A DNA stretch of 64,000 nucleotides from an uncultured Candidatus Saccharibacteria bacterium (GCA_964620475.1 CAZUJN010000003.1:5647-69646); one strand, 5' to 3'. Positions 49,288 to 58,419 are shown, counted from the first letter of the stretch. The notes: generated by a model not told the origin, from the sequence alone. Program-made: numbers and translations.

Positions 49288-49470
49288 ATGTGTTTTATAT
49301 TTTTATCATGTTTGTTGATATAAGTCAAATATTAGTCAAGTATATTGTCAAGGACACAAGGGGTTTAATATTATAGGACATTATTCACTGATATAAATAT
49401 AAAAGACATTGTTTTAGCCTTATTTAACAATGTCTTTTATAAATATGTCTTATAAACAAAAACAAGGTTT

Positions 49471-49593
49471 TTACCCTTGTTTTGCATTTCTCTTACGGTT
49501 AGCTTTATTAATACGATATAGATGCTTTCCACGACGTACGATAAATTCACCTTGACGAAGATCTTGTTTTTTAAGTGATGATACTAATTTCAT
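49471..49593 (-). CDS. rpmJ: Ribosomal protein L36-like, cysteine-less (zinc-independent) form; absent from the ORF track
   Basis: MKLVSSLKKQDLRQGEFIVRRGKHLYRINKANRKRNAKQG aligns with L36 (MKVRASVKKICRNCK..RQG), with all Cys residues replaced. Confidence 0.45.
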   Translation of the reverse strand: MKLVSSLKKQDLRQGEFIVRRGKHLYRINKANRKRNAKQG

Positions 49594-49632
49594 AATACAT
49601 AGAATATAACATTAATCATCACTTATTACAAG

Positions 49633-50085
49633 TTATCTGGTAACAGATATGTTGCCCTGTATTTCACCTATAGCAGACACTGTTAAGCGACCGTTATTAA
49701 TGACTAGGTTATACCCAGTATTATAATCGTCTTCACTATTATAATAAGTATTATTACCTTTTGGATCATATGGTAACTTAGATATATAATCCGGCACTAA
49801 ACATGAAGATATATCTTGACCCGTAGAGCTGATAACCTCTAAGACCCCTTCAGTTAAAGTCTTAACTGATCCATCACAAAATAGGTTACCCTCATGATCT
49901 GCTATATTCTGACCCAATGCATTTAATATGGTGTTAACATTAGCAACACGCTGTGAATCCCTAGCTTGTTTAAACTGCCTATTAGGATTGACGGCCACCA
50001 AAACAACAGTGGCCAATATCCCTATAATACCTATAACCACTAATATCTCTATAAGGGTAAACCCTTTATTTTTTTGTATTTTCAT
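49633..50085 (-). CDS. Type IV pilin (prepilin-type N-terminal cleavage/methylation domain)
   Basis: KGFTLIEILVVIGIIGILA class III signal peptide. Confidence 0.75.
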   Translation of the reverse strand: MKIQKNKGFTLIEILVVIGIIGILATVVLVAVNPNRQFKQARDSQRVANVNTILNALGQNIADHEGNLFCDGSVKTLTEGVLEVISSTGQDISSCLVPDYISKLPYDPKGNNTYYNSEDDYNTGYNLVINNGRLTVSAIGEIQGNISVTR

Positions 50086-50138
50086 ATGTTTATTTTTGTT
50101 TAAATTATTGATAATACATGTATCTTATAAAAAACACA

Positions 50139-50549
50139 TTAAATTAATTCCCAAGGTTTTTTAAAGTCCAAAAAACCGTTTTTAAACTGATATTTAAATA
50201 ATCTATGATCAATCTTAAAATCAACTTCGTGAATATTTATACCTTCATAAAAATATTTGATATCTGAAATATGACAAATATAATCGTCTTGAAAATCAAA
50301 ATTCCTATTAAAACTATAGCTATTATTAATAAAATCTATATTAAAATCAGATTTTATTAGATTATTCATAAAAACATCAGCACATATAGAAAGATTTTGT
50401 ACATATGATCTATTTTTATAAAAATCCTTTTTTACATCTATATAATTAAATACCCTCTCAGAGCTAAGATATGTATAAAATATTAAAGTTATAGATATAC
50501 TCAATATTAAAAATAAAGCTATAAAACCATCCTGTTTAACTTTCTTCAT
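50139..50549 (-). CDS. Hypothetical protein with N-terminal TM
   Basis: 136 aa, adjacent to the pilin gene; could be a minor pilin-associated protein. Confidence 0.45.
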   Translation of the reverse strand: MKKVKQDGFIALFLILSISITLIFYTYLSSERVFNYIDVKKDFYKNRSYVQNLSICADVFMNNLIKSDFNIDFINNSYSFNRNFDFQDDYICHISDIKYFYEGINIHEVDFKIDHRLFKYQFKNGFLDFKKPWELI

Positions 50550-50671
50550 ACAATTTAAGTTAACATATTGATTTTAAATTCTTTATTAAGAAAGAATAAA
50601 ATTTTCATAAAGTTAATAATGCTATTGATTTATTAATCAAAAAATAGTATATTATATCTCATACAAACATT

Positions 50672-50744
50672 GGGCCCGTAGCTTAGTTGGTAGAGCGCCT
50701 CATTTGCACTGAGGAGGTCAGGAGTTCGAATCCCCTCGGGTCCA
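50672..50744 (+). tRNA. tRNA-Ala (UGC)
   Basis: GGGCCCGUAGCUUAGUUGGUAGAGC...; loop UUUGCAC; GUUCGAAUC T-loop. Confidence 0.8.
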
Positions 50745-50770
50745 CTAGCCTTATTGAGATTTGGTATTAA

Positions 50771-50843
50771 CCGCCTATAGCTCAGTCGGTAGAGCAGTCG
50801 CCTCTTAAGCGAACGGTCATAGGTTCGAATCCTATTAGGCGGA
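50771..50843 (+). tRNA. tRNA-Lys (CUU)
   Basis: Loop CUCUUAA; T-arm AUAGGUUCGAAUCCUAU; acceptor CCGCCUA/UAGGCGG (C1-G72). Confidence 0.65.
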
Positions 50844-50858
50844 CAAGATTGAAAAAAT

Positions 50859-50943
50859 GGGCAAGTGGCGGAATTGGTATACGCGCTAGTCTTAGGAACT
50901 AGTTCTTCACGGATTGAGGGTTCGAGTCCCTCCTTGCCCACCA
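50859..50943 (+). tRNA. tRNA-Leu (UAG), long variable arm, CCA encoded
   Basis: GGGCAAGUGGCGGAAUUGGUA...; loop CUUAGGA; GGGUUCGAGUCCC; CCA present. Confidence 0.8.
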
Positions 50944-50947
50944 GAAC

Positions 50948-50980
50948 ATAAAACACCAGATACATAGTATTTGGTGTTTT
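50948..50980 (+). terminator. Terminator after the tRNA cluster
   Basis: AAACACCAgatacatagtatTTGGTGTTTT. Confidence 0.45.
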
Positions 50981-50990
50981 ATGCTTCTTG

Positions 50991-51076
50991 GCGAGGTGGG
51001 ACGAGAAAGACGGAGCCGGTTTACAGTCTGGAGACTGTCGACGAAAATAAAAGACCTTTTAAAAGGTCTTTTATTT
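50991..51076 (+). ncRNA. Small GC-rich unit (~80 nt) with its own terminator; unclassified
   Basis: GCGAGGUGGGACGAGAAAGACGGAGCCGGUUUACAGUCUGGAGACUGUCGACG, then AAAAGACCUUUUAAAAGGUCUUUU. Confidence 0.2.
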
Positions 51077-51080
51077 TTAA

Positions 51081-51575
51081 TTATAGTCCGAAATGCGGCA
51101 CATCTACACCTTTCGTATCTATTTGTGTACCCCGCTCAATTAATATAAGATATTTTTCTCTACTTTTATTTTCGTTGGGAAAAAACCACATTGGATGACT
51201 GGAGTGAGCATAAAACTGACATAAACTATCCTTGCCCGCAGCTTCATGTTCATTCACCCAGTAACTTTTATGATCCTTAAATAAATTTCTGTTTTTAAAA
51301 TATATAGAATAAATCTCTGGCAAAGTTAATAATCTATATCCAGGAAACATATGTAATTTATCCAAAATATGACTTGATTCTATTGGTTCGTCAAAAACCT
51401 TTAGATAGTCCAAGCTTTCTAAACCTATTTCATCTTCTCTTTCATTTGTTATATCAAAAGGCATCATACCTTCTTCCATGTTTTCCATATTCATATATAT
51501 ATTATATACGTTTTTTGAGAAAAATGTAGATATTATACTTGACTTTATCTTATATATATGATATACTATATACAT
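51081..51575 (-). CDS. Hypothetical protein
   Basis: 164-aa ORF. Confidence 0.5.
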   Translation of the reverse strand: MYIVYHIYKIKSSIISTFFSKNVYNIYMNMENMEEGMMPFDITNEREDEIGLESLDYLKVFDEPIESSHILDKLHMFPGYRLLTLPEIYSIYFKNRNLFKDHKSYWVNEHEAAGKDSLCQFYAHSSHPMWFFPNENKSREKYLILIERGTQIDTKGVDVPHFGL

Positions 51576-51627
51576 AAAATCTGGCTATAAAGAAAAGCCG
51601 GAAGAAACTTTAACCAAACAAAACATA

Positions 51628-52395
51628 ATGAGACGCTTCATTATACCTACTATCTATCACCTTGTCCTTTTCGGAACCCTGCTGTTGCTGTGTCTGTGGC
51701 TGGACCAATTCACCCTGATGCTCAAAGGAGGACCATTCAATGTCCTCGGACGCATCGGATGGATCATCAGGTTCATCCTGTGGACATCACTTGTCGTCAC
51801 ACTGATCTTCTCGGTGGCACAAGAGTTCCCTGTACACAGACTCCGTACTGTGTGTGCCTGGTGTTTCTCCATCTTGGCCACGCTCTGCATTGGCTGGGAA
51901 TTAAAGCTGACCCCCTCATCGGGATCAGGAAGTTCCGGTACAGGTGATGGTTCGAACATCACTACCGGATACAGCTTCCCCGGCTGGCAGCCTGCAGGCA
52001 TGTCAACTGAAGGATGGCAATGGTTTAAACCCAACGCTGTCGATCAGGCGACGTCCGAAGTGGACATCACCCGTAAAGTGGTAACATATCGTATCTGGAA
52101 CGATGCGGTGTGGGAACTCAGGTTGAAAGACGGGTCAACTATATCCCTCTTCAACAAGGCTGATGAACGTACAAAGTTCAAGGCCGGTCCCGAGGGGTTT
52201 TCCAAAACCCCTATGACAGATCAAGAGTTCAAGGACTTGATAAATAACCAAGCGGTGGCAATCAAGTTCAAACCCTTGCCGGGTAAAACCCTCGACATGA
52301 AGATCGGGGTCAGGGATACAAAATGCCCTGATAGACGGAATAGGAGTGCCGTCAACGTCAAGACTCCTAAAAAGCCGCGACCTTATCACAGGTAG
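51628..52395 (+). CDS. Membrane-anchored hypothetical protein encoded by a strongly GC-rich (about 58% GC) gene
   Basis: 3 N-terminal TMs, a G/S linker, and a ~150-aa ectodomain. Its composition is foreign relative to the ~30% GC flanks. Confidence 0.6.
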   Translation: MRRFIIPTIYHLVLFGTLLLLCLWLDQFTLMLKGGPFNVLGRIGWIIRFILWTSLVVTLIFSVAQEFPVHRLRTVCAWCFSILATLCIGWELKLTPSSGSGSSGTGDGSNITTGYSFPGWQPAGMSTEGWQWFKPNAVDQATSEVDITRKVVTYRIWNDAVWELRLKDGSTISLFNKADERTKFKAGPEGFSKTPMTDQEFKDLINNQAVAIKFKPLPGKTLDMKIGVRDTKCPDRRNRSAVNVKTPKKPRPYHR

Positions 52396-52409
52396 CGGCA
52401 TTTTTTTAT

Positions 52410-52706
52410 TTAATTATTTATATCGATAACCCTCTCAACATTTGTTTTAGTTCTCTCACCTGCTGGAACTGTGTTTAACAAAAACCTAAATATCCCGAAA
52501 ACCGAAATCATAATAAACATACCAACTATACCCCAAAGCATATGATTAGTACCTGTTTTTATTTGCTGAGGATTTGATCTAGATTTCCATATATATTCAA
52601 AGACACCATAAAGAAATACAACTAACGCAACACCGAAAGCTAATAATATCAGCGGATTTATTATTATAGTATTTATGTTTGATAATATTTGATAGACTTT
52701 TTGCAT
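52410..52706 (-). CDS. VirB2/TrbC-like small two-helix membrane protein, paralog 1
   Basis: LVVFLYGVFEYIWKSRS...MLWGIVGMFIMISVFGIF hairpin topology. Confidence 0.6.
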   Translation of the reverse strand: MQKVYQILSNINTIIINPLILLAFGVALVVFLYGVFEYIWKSRSNPQQIKTGTNHMLWGIVGMFIMISVFGIFRFLLNTVPAGERTKTNVERVIDINN

Positions 52707-52770
52707 AAATATAATTATATAATAAAAAAAACCCTGAAGCCATAAGATCTCAGGATTTTTTTAAATTTAT

Positions 52771-53154
52771 CTAGCCTTGTCTAGGTAGAGATGGAGAAGA
52801 TGGGATGTTTGAATTATCTAAGTTAAAAGTATTTCTCAATAAATTAACCAAGCCCCAAACTGATACCATAACGAATAGTGCTACTATACCCCATAGTATG
52901 AATTTACCAGCTTCACCTCTATCACCTCCGCCCCAGAAGAATCTTTTAACGATACCATATAGGAATAATACCAATGCTAATATTATCAATATAGGTATAA
53001 CAGTTGAAGATAATGTCACTATCCAACCTAAGAAGTTACCCACTGATCTACCAGCAGCATTTGTTTGATCATCTAGACCACCTGGCATAGGAGCCCCAGC
53101 AGCTAAAACTAAACCTGGTGCAAATGTTACTAATAATGATAGAATTTTTTTCAT
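52771..53154 (-). CDS. VirB2/TrbC-like pilin-like protein, paralog 2
   Basis: Signal peptide; LVLFLYGIVKRFFWGGGDRGEAGKFILWGIVALFVMVSVWGLV. Confidence 0.6.
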   Translation of the reverse strand: MKKILSLLVTFAPGLVLAAGAPMPGGLDDQTNAAGRSVGNFLGWIVTLSSTVIPILIILALVLFLYGIVKRFFWGGGDRGEAGKFILWGIVALFVMVSVWGLVNLLRNTFNLDNSNIPSSPSLPRQG

Positions 53155-53203
53155 ATTTGTAATTTTATGATTTTTATTAATTTATAATTATATTTATATT
53201 ATA

Positions 53204-53740
53204 CTATTTTAATTGTGGAATAGTCAAAGGACTTCCATTAAAAAATGTATTTTGTAAAAATTGAACCAGACCCCAAACTGATACCATAACGAATAGTGCT
53301 ACTATACCCCAAAACATAAACTTTCTGGCTTGCTCTCTAGCTTCTGGCTTTTGACCATCCACAAAAGCTAATTTGAAAACCCCAAACAAAAATACAACGA
53401 GGGAGGCACTAATGATCAAATATATGACATTTGTCATTAAACCAGTTGTCCAATCTACAAAACCCGCTAAAGATAATTTAGGTACACCTATATCACTTTT
53501 CCAATTATTTGAGTTATTATTACCAGAACCAGGAAAACCCGATCCTGAACCAGAACCTGATTGATTTGATGTACCCTGATTACCACTTTGATTCGAAGTA
53601 CCTTGATTGCCTGATTGATCGGAAGTGCCTTGATCTTGTGTACTTGAATTAAGACCTGAACCTGTTGCTGTTGTAGCAGCATTAACATTAAAACCAACCA
53701 TGGCTGTTAATATTAATGTTGATATTATAATTTTTTTCAT
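53204..53740 (-). CDS. VirB2/TrbC-like pilin-like protein, paralog 3, with a low-complexity (SGNQGTSNQ)x3 region
   Basis: Signal peptide, a Q/G/S/N repeat region, then LVVFLFGVFKLAFVDGQKPEAREQARKFMFWGIVALFVMVSVWGLV. The C-terminal helix is near-identical to paralog 2. Confidence 0.6.
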   Translation of the reverse strand: MKKIIISTLILTAMVGFNVNAATTATGSGLNSSTQDQGTSDQSGNQGTSNQSGNQGTSNQSGSGSGSGFPGSGNNNSNNWKSDIGVPKLSLAGFVDWTTGLMTNVIYLIISASLVVFLFGVFKLAFVDGQKPEAREQARKFMFWGIVALFVMVSVWGLVQFLQNTFFNGSPLTIPQLK

Positions 53741-53756
53741 ATTTTATATTTTTATT

Positions 53757-54113
53757 TTAATTACCTTTAAATACTTCTTTAACGGTATCACCTATACCAT
53801 AAGCTATAACTTCAGCACATAACACAAGTGCAGCACCTATCATACCCCAAAATAGTGCATTTCTAGCTTTCTTAATCTTTTCAGGATCACCTCTAGCTAT
53901 CACAAACATAAGACCAGCATACATAAGATATAGAACAGTGATCATTATAACTATAGTCTGTGCTATATCCACAACATTCATAAATATAGTCTTAAGATCT
54001 GAACCTTCAGCACCTTGACCAAGCGGTGATGTTAAACCAGTAGATGTATTAGTTGCAGCTAAAACAAGTGTTGGTATTATTGATAATATTATTGCTGTAA
54101 TTTTTTTCTTCAT
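53757..54113 (-). CDS. VirB2/TrbC-like pilin-like protein, paralog 4
   Basis: Signal peptide; ITVLYLMYAGLMFVIARGDPEKIKKARNALFWGMIGAALVL. Confidence 0.6.
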   Translation of the reverse strand: MKKKITAIILSIIPTLVLAATNTSTGLTSPLGQGAEGSDLKTIFMNVVDIAQTIVIMITVLYLMYAGLMFVIARGDPEKIKKARNALFWGMIGAALVLCAEVIAYGIGDTVKEVFKGN

Positions 54114-54122
54114 ATATTTATT

Positions 54123-54482
54123 TTATCTTTTTGGTAATGCACCTTGTCTAAATTCATCAGTTACATTTAACACATTTAATGCAAAATCTACTATATAATA
54201 TGAACCTACTAATAATATCAATCCGATTATTATACCGAAAAATATTCTTTTGGCTTTACTACGAGAATCAGCAGAGCCCTGACCTGTAACTAAAACATAT
54301 CCTGCATAAAATATCATGATAATAGCTATGAAAACACCTAACAACAAAAGGTTTTGTAATATTTCATTTATAATAGGACCCACCTCTTTCCAACCACAAC
54401 CTCCTTTTAATAATATCTCTTTTCTTTGAGCATCGTTGGTTGCGTTACCAAAACATAAACTTAAGCTTTCGAATAATTGCAT
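54123..54482 (-). CDS. VirB2/TrbC-like pilin-like protein, paralog 5
   Basis: IIMIFYAGYVLVTGQGSADSRSKAKRIFFGIIIGLILLV. Confidence 0.55.
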   Translation of the reverse strand: MQLFESLSLCFGNATNDAQRKEILLKGGCGWKEVGPIINEILQNLLLLGVFIAIIMIFYAGYVLVTGQGSADSRSKAKRIFFGIIIGLILLVGSYYIVDFALNVLNVTDEFRQGALPKR

Positions 54483-54491
54483 ATACTTATT

Positions 54492-55823
54492 TTATCTGAT
54501 ATTAAATGCTCTGTCTAATCTATCTGATGCATCTATAATTGAATCTGTTATATTTTGAGTTCCTGATACTATAGAAAATATCATTTTTGATAATATATCA
54601 TCTGTAGTTTTATAATCTGGGTCTAACCATGTCTTAGCAAATATAGCTGAATTATTTATAACAGCTATATCAGCATTTGATTTAGCATCTTTTGATGTTG
54701 ATAACACATCACGTCTAGTAGAAGCTAACCCTAAAGCACTAGATAGATATTGATTGAATTGGTAATTACCGAAGAAAGTCATCACATTTTGATATGTTGC
54801 ATTTGGATTTTTGGATGTTATCAAAAAACCCATAGCATACACCTTACCTTTGGTTACTTTCTTATTATCATAAGCCTGAGGAATAGGTGCTATAGCAAAA
54901 TTTAGATTTGGATTACGTGTTCTAATATATTCAATCTCAGAACCTGGACCAAAATAAGTTGCAAGATCGCCTGACAAGAAAGATTCTCTCGATGATTTAA
55001 AAGATTTATTCCATGTGTATGATGATTTAGTTGGATTAGCAAATTCAGTATAATACAACAAAACATCTCTACTTAACTTACTTGCTGATTCTGAATTTGA
55101 TGTATTTTGAGATCTATTCAAACCAGATTGATATGTGGCAACATTTGCATCATATTGACTAAGATTAACACCCACCTGAGATAACATTGCAAAAATTATA
55201 TCTTTGGCATGATTTATATTGTCATATTCACCTAAAGCGGCGTAGGCCTTATCTATTATTCCATTATCTCTTCTTCTTACAACTTTTTCTGTTAAATTTG
55301 CAAATTCTGTCCAATCTTTTGGGGGTGTTAGAACATTTTCTGATGTAAACATATCTATGTTGTAATACATCACGAGTGGATCTATTATTAGAGGAAAGGC
55401 CTTTACACCATCTTGTACGGTAAATATATTGCCTATATCTAAATATGTTGACCTAAAAGATTCTGCTGAAACAGTGTCATTTGGTATAGTTAACAATCTT
55501 TTCATTTGACTATAATACATATAATCAGGAAATATTATTGCATCAGGTCCTTTACCTTCTGCTATGGCCTTAAGTAATACATTTTCGAATCCTTCTTCAG
55601 GGTATTCTACATATGTAAATGAAGGATCTTTACCTTGTATTCTAAAAGGTTGTAATGCTTCATCTATACTAGACTGAGGTAAGACACCCCAGATAACAGC
55701 CTGATATGAAGCTGATCCTTGTTTAACTTTACCTGTAGCAAAGAAAGCTATACCAATAATACCCATGACTAAGAACACAGCGATCAATACTATCTGAAAT
55801 ATATTTAGATCTTTACTAGTCAT
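54492..55823 (-). CDS. Extracellular solute-binding protein (ABC transporter SBP, family 1-like)
   Basis: N-terminal TM/lipo-anchor; 440-aa periplasmic-binding-fold-sized protein. Confidence 0.55.
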   Translation of the reverse strand: MTSKDLNIFQIVLIAVFLVMGIIGIAFFATGKVKQGSASYQAVIWGVLPQSSIDEALQPFRIQGKDPSFTYVEYPEEGFENVLLKAIAEGKGPDAIIFPDYMYYSQMKRLLTIPNDTVSAESFRSTYLDIGNIFTVQDGVKAFPLIIDPLVMYYNIDMFTSENVLTPPKDWTEFANLTEKVVRRRDNGIIDKAYAALGEYDNINHAKDIIFAMLSQVGVNLSQYDANVATYQSGLNRSQNTSNSESASKLSRDVLLYYTEFANPTKSSYTWNKSFKSSRESFLSGDLATYFGPGSEIEYIRTRNPNLNFAIAPIPQAYDNKKVTKGKVYAMGFLITSKNPNATYQNVMTFFGNYQFNQYLSSALGLASTRRDVLSTSKDAKSNADIAVINNSAIFAKTWLDPDYKTTDDILSKMIFSIVSGTQNITDSIIDASDRLDRAFNIR

Positions 55824-55866
55824 TTTATTTTTAAATTATATTTTTTATTTATTTTTATAATAGATA

Positions 55867-58353
55867 TTATACTCCTATTACTGACGCTAGACTATCTCCT
55901 TCACGTAATTTCATAACACGTACACCTTGTGTATCACGGCCAAGATTTGGAATCTCCTTCAATTCACATCTTATAACTTGACTCTTCTTACTTATAGCAA
56001 CTATCTCATCTATCTCCGGTGTCACAACTTGAGCTGCCATCAACTCACCTGTTTTATCTGTCACTTTAAATGTTTTTATTCCCGATCCTCCTCTTCCTTG
56101 TATTTTATATTCTGATAGAGAAGTTTTTTTACCATAACCATTTGCAGAAACAGTTAGAAGCTCTGCATCATCTTTTGAATCTGATCTAACTGGTATAGCA
56201 GCTACTATATTTACACCTTTATCAAGCTTCATAGCTCTTACGCCACCCGCTGCTCTACCCATCTCTCTAATCTCATCTATAGAGAATCTAATTGATTGTG
56301 CATCTGTTGCAACAAGTATCATAGAGTCTTTTCCACTTACAAATGAAGCTGATATTAAACCATCTCCATCATCAAGTGATATAGCTATAATTCCGCTTCT
56401 TCTAACATCTTTGAAACTATCTATAGCAACCCTTTTACCTGTACCCTGTCTTGTTATTAACATCAAAGATATATCATCACCTTTCTTAATCTCTTTTGGC
56501 ATAGGTAATATAGATGTAACTTTTTCATCTTGTGCCAATGATAAGAAGTTCATGATTGACTTACCGCGTGTAGCTCTCTTTCCTTCTGGAATATCATACA
56601 TCTTGATTTGATAGGCCTTACCTTTATCAGTAAAGAATAATAAATCGTTATGCATAGTTGCATATATAAGATGTGTTATAAAATCTTCCTCTTTTACATC
56701 AACATCAACAACACCCACTCCGCCTCTCTTTTGTTTTTTATATTCATCAGGATTTGTACGTTTTATATAACCACCAGCTGTTAACACAAGAACTGATTCA
56801 TTATCAGGAATAATATCTTCTACGCCGACGTTAGCAACACCACCTTTCACTATACGTGTACGTCTTTCATCACCAAACTTAGCTTTTATATCATTTAATT
56901 CATCTTTTATAATAGTTAATATTCTACCTGGGTTTTTCAATATATCTTTAAGGTCTTTTATAAGAGCTTGTATAGCTTTTAGTTCATCCTCAATCTTCTT
57001 TCTCTCAAGACCAGCAAGTCTTTGTAGTTTCATCTCCAATATAGCCGTTGCTTGTCTGTCTGAAAATTTGAATTCTTTCATTAAGTTTGCATGAGCTGTT
57101 GATGTGTCTTTACTCTTCTTTATAAGAGCAATAATCTCATCTATATGATCAAGAGCTTTTTTCAGACCAAGCAATATATGCTCTCTATCTTCAGCCTTTC
57201 TCAAGTCGAATTCTGTACGACGTCTAACAACAACTTTTCTATGGTCTATAAAGTTTTCAAGAGCTGATTTAAGAGAAAGTGTTTGCGGTACACCATCAAC
57301 AAGTGCAACTAAGTTGTAGTGGAAAGTTGATTCAAGTTGTGTGTGTTTATATAAATAATTCAAAATATTTTGTGGATATGTGCCACTTTTCAACTCTATA
57401 ACTATACGAACATCTGCAGTTGATTCATCCCTGATATCCTTTATACCTTCAACTTTTTTATCACGAACAAGATCAGCCATTGATTCTATCAATGATGATT
57501 TATTTACTCTATAAGGTATAGATGTGACAATAATCTTTGATTGACCAGCTTTTTCTTCCACTATCTCGGCTTCACCACGAACAACAACACCTCCACGACC
57601 ATGCATATAAGCATGTTCTATATCTTTCTGATTAAATGCTATAGCACCTGTAGGAAAATCTGGGCCTTTAACATATTGTAATAAATCCTGAATAGTAGCA
57701 TCCGGATTATCTATCATATGCACAGTTGCATCGACTATCTCACCCAAGTTATGCGGTGGAATATTTGTCGCCATACCCACAGCGATACCTAAAGTACCGT
57801 TCAATAAAAAGTTTGGTATTTGAGCAGGCAAAACGGTTGGTTCCTTTCTTTCACCGTTATATGTAGATTTGAAATCAACTGTATCTTTTTCTATATCAGC
57901 CAACATGGTCAAAGTCAGCTTATTCATCTTACACTCTGTATAACGATATGCCGCAGCTGAATAACCATCTATGTTACCAAAGTTACCTTGTGGCCAAACA
58001 AGAGGATATCTCATGTTAAAATCTTGTGCCATATTCACCATAGTTTGATAAATAGCCTGATCGCCATGAGGGTGATAATTACCCATAGTTTCTCCAACAA
58101 CAGTACCGGATTTTTTAAACTTACCTGTAGGCATCAAACCCATACGATTCATAACAAAAAGTATTCTTCTTTGTACAGGCTTCAAACCATCTCTCACATC
58201 AGGCAATGCACGGTCTGTAATAACACTCATAGCATAATCTATATATGCTTCCTGCATCTCTTCGACTATGTCTCTATCTATGATATTTTTATGTTCTAAA
58301 ACAACTTGATTCTCTTGATTATTTGAGTTTTCCTCTTTTTTTGACTTTGGCAT
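55867..58353 (-). CDS. gyrA: DNA gyrase subunit A
   Basis: AMSVITDRALPDVRDGLKPVQRRIL; catalytic Tyr region; C-terminal beta-pinwheel repeats. Confidence 0.95.
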   Translation of the reverse strand: MPKSKKEENSNNQENQVVLEHKNIIDRDIVEEMQEAYIDYAMSVITDRALPDVRDGLKPVQRRILFVMNRMGLMPTGKFKKSGTVVGETMGNYHPHGDQAIYQTMVNMAQDFNMRYPLVWPQGNFGNIDGYSAAAYRYTECKMNKLTLTMLADIEKDTVDFKSTYNGERKEPTVLPAQIPNFLLNGTLGIAVGMATNIPPHNLGEIVDATVHMIDNPDATIQDLLQYVKGPDFPTGAIAFNQKDIEHAYMHGRGGVVVRGEAEIVEEKAGQSKIIVTSIPYRVNKSSLIESMADLVRDKKVEGIKDIRDESTADVRIVIELKSGTYPQNILNYLYKHTQLESTFHYNLVALVDGVPQTLSLKSALENFIDHRKVVVRRRTEFDLRKAEDREHILLGLKKALDHIDEIIALIKKSKDTSTAHANLMKEFKFSDRQATAILEMKLQRLAGLERKKIEDELKAIQALIKDLKDILKNPGRILTIIKDELNDIKAKFGDERRTRIVKGGVANVGVEDIIPDNESVLVLTAGGYIKRTNPDEYKKQKRGGVGVVDVDVKEEDFITHLIYATMHNDLLFFTDKGKAYQIKMYDIPEGKRATRGKSIMNFLSLAQDEKVTSILPMPKEIKKGDDISLMLITRQGTGKRVAIDSFKDVRRSGIIAISLDDGDGLISASFVSGKDSMILVATDAQSIRFSIDEIREMGRAAGGVRAMKLDKGVNIVAAIPVRSDSKDDAELLTVSANGYGKKTSLSEYKIQGRGGSGIKTFKVTDKTGELMAAQVVTPEIDEIVAISKKSQVIRCELKEIPNLGRDTQGVRVMKLREGDSLASVIGV

Positions 58354-58419
58354 ATACCCGATATTATAGCATATTTTACATAGCTTTTAAAATAAAAATA
58401 TGCGATTATATTAGACAAC

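Noticed and set aside
50633-50965. 110-aa minus-strand ORF
   Set aside because: It lies antisense across three well-formed tRNA genes (Ala, Lys, Leu) and is a spurious call.
51657-52401. Three overlapping ORFs (51657..52034 -, 51690..51947 +, 52135..52401 -)
   Set aside because: All lie within or antisense to the GC-rich gene 51628..52395, where the high GC removes stop codons. Only the long plus-strand frame has a coherent TM-plus-ectodomain architecture.
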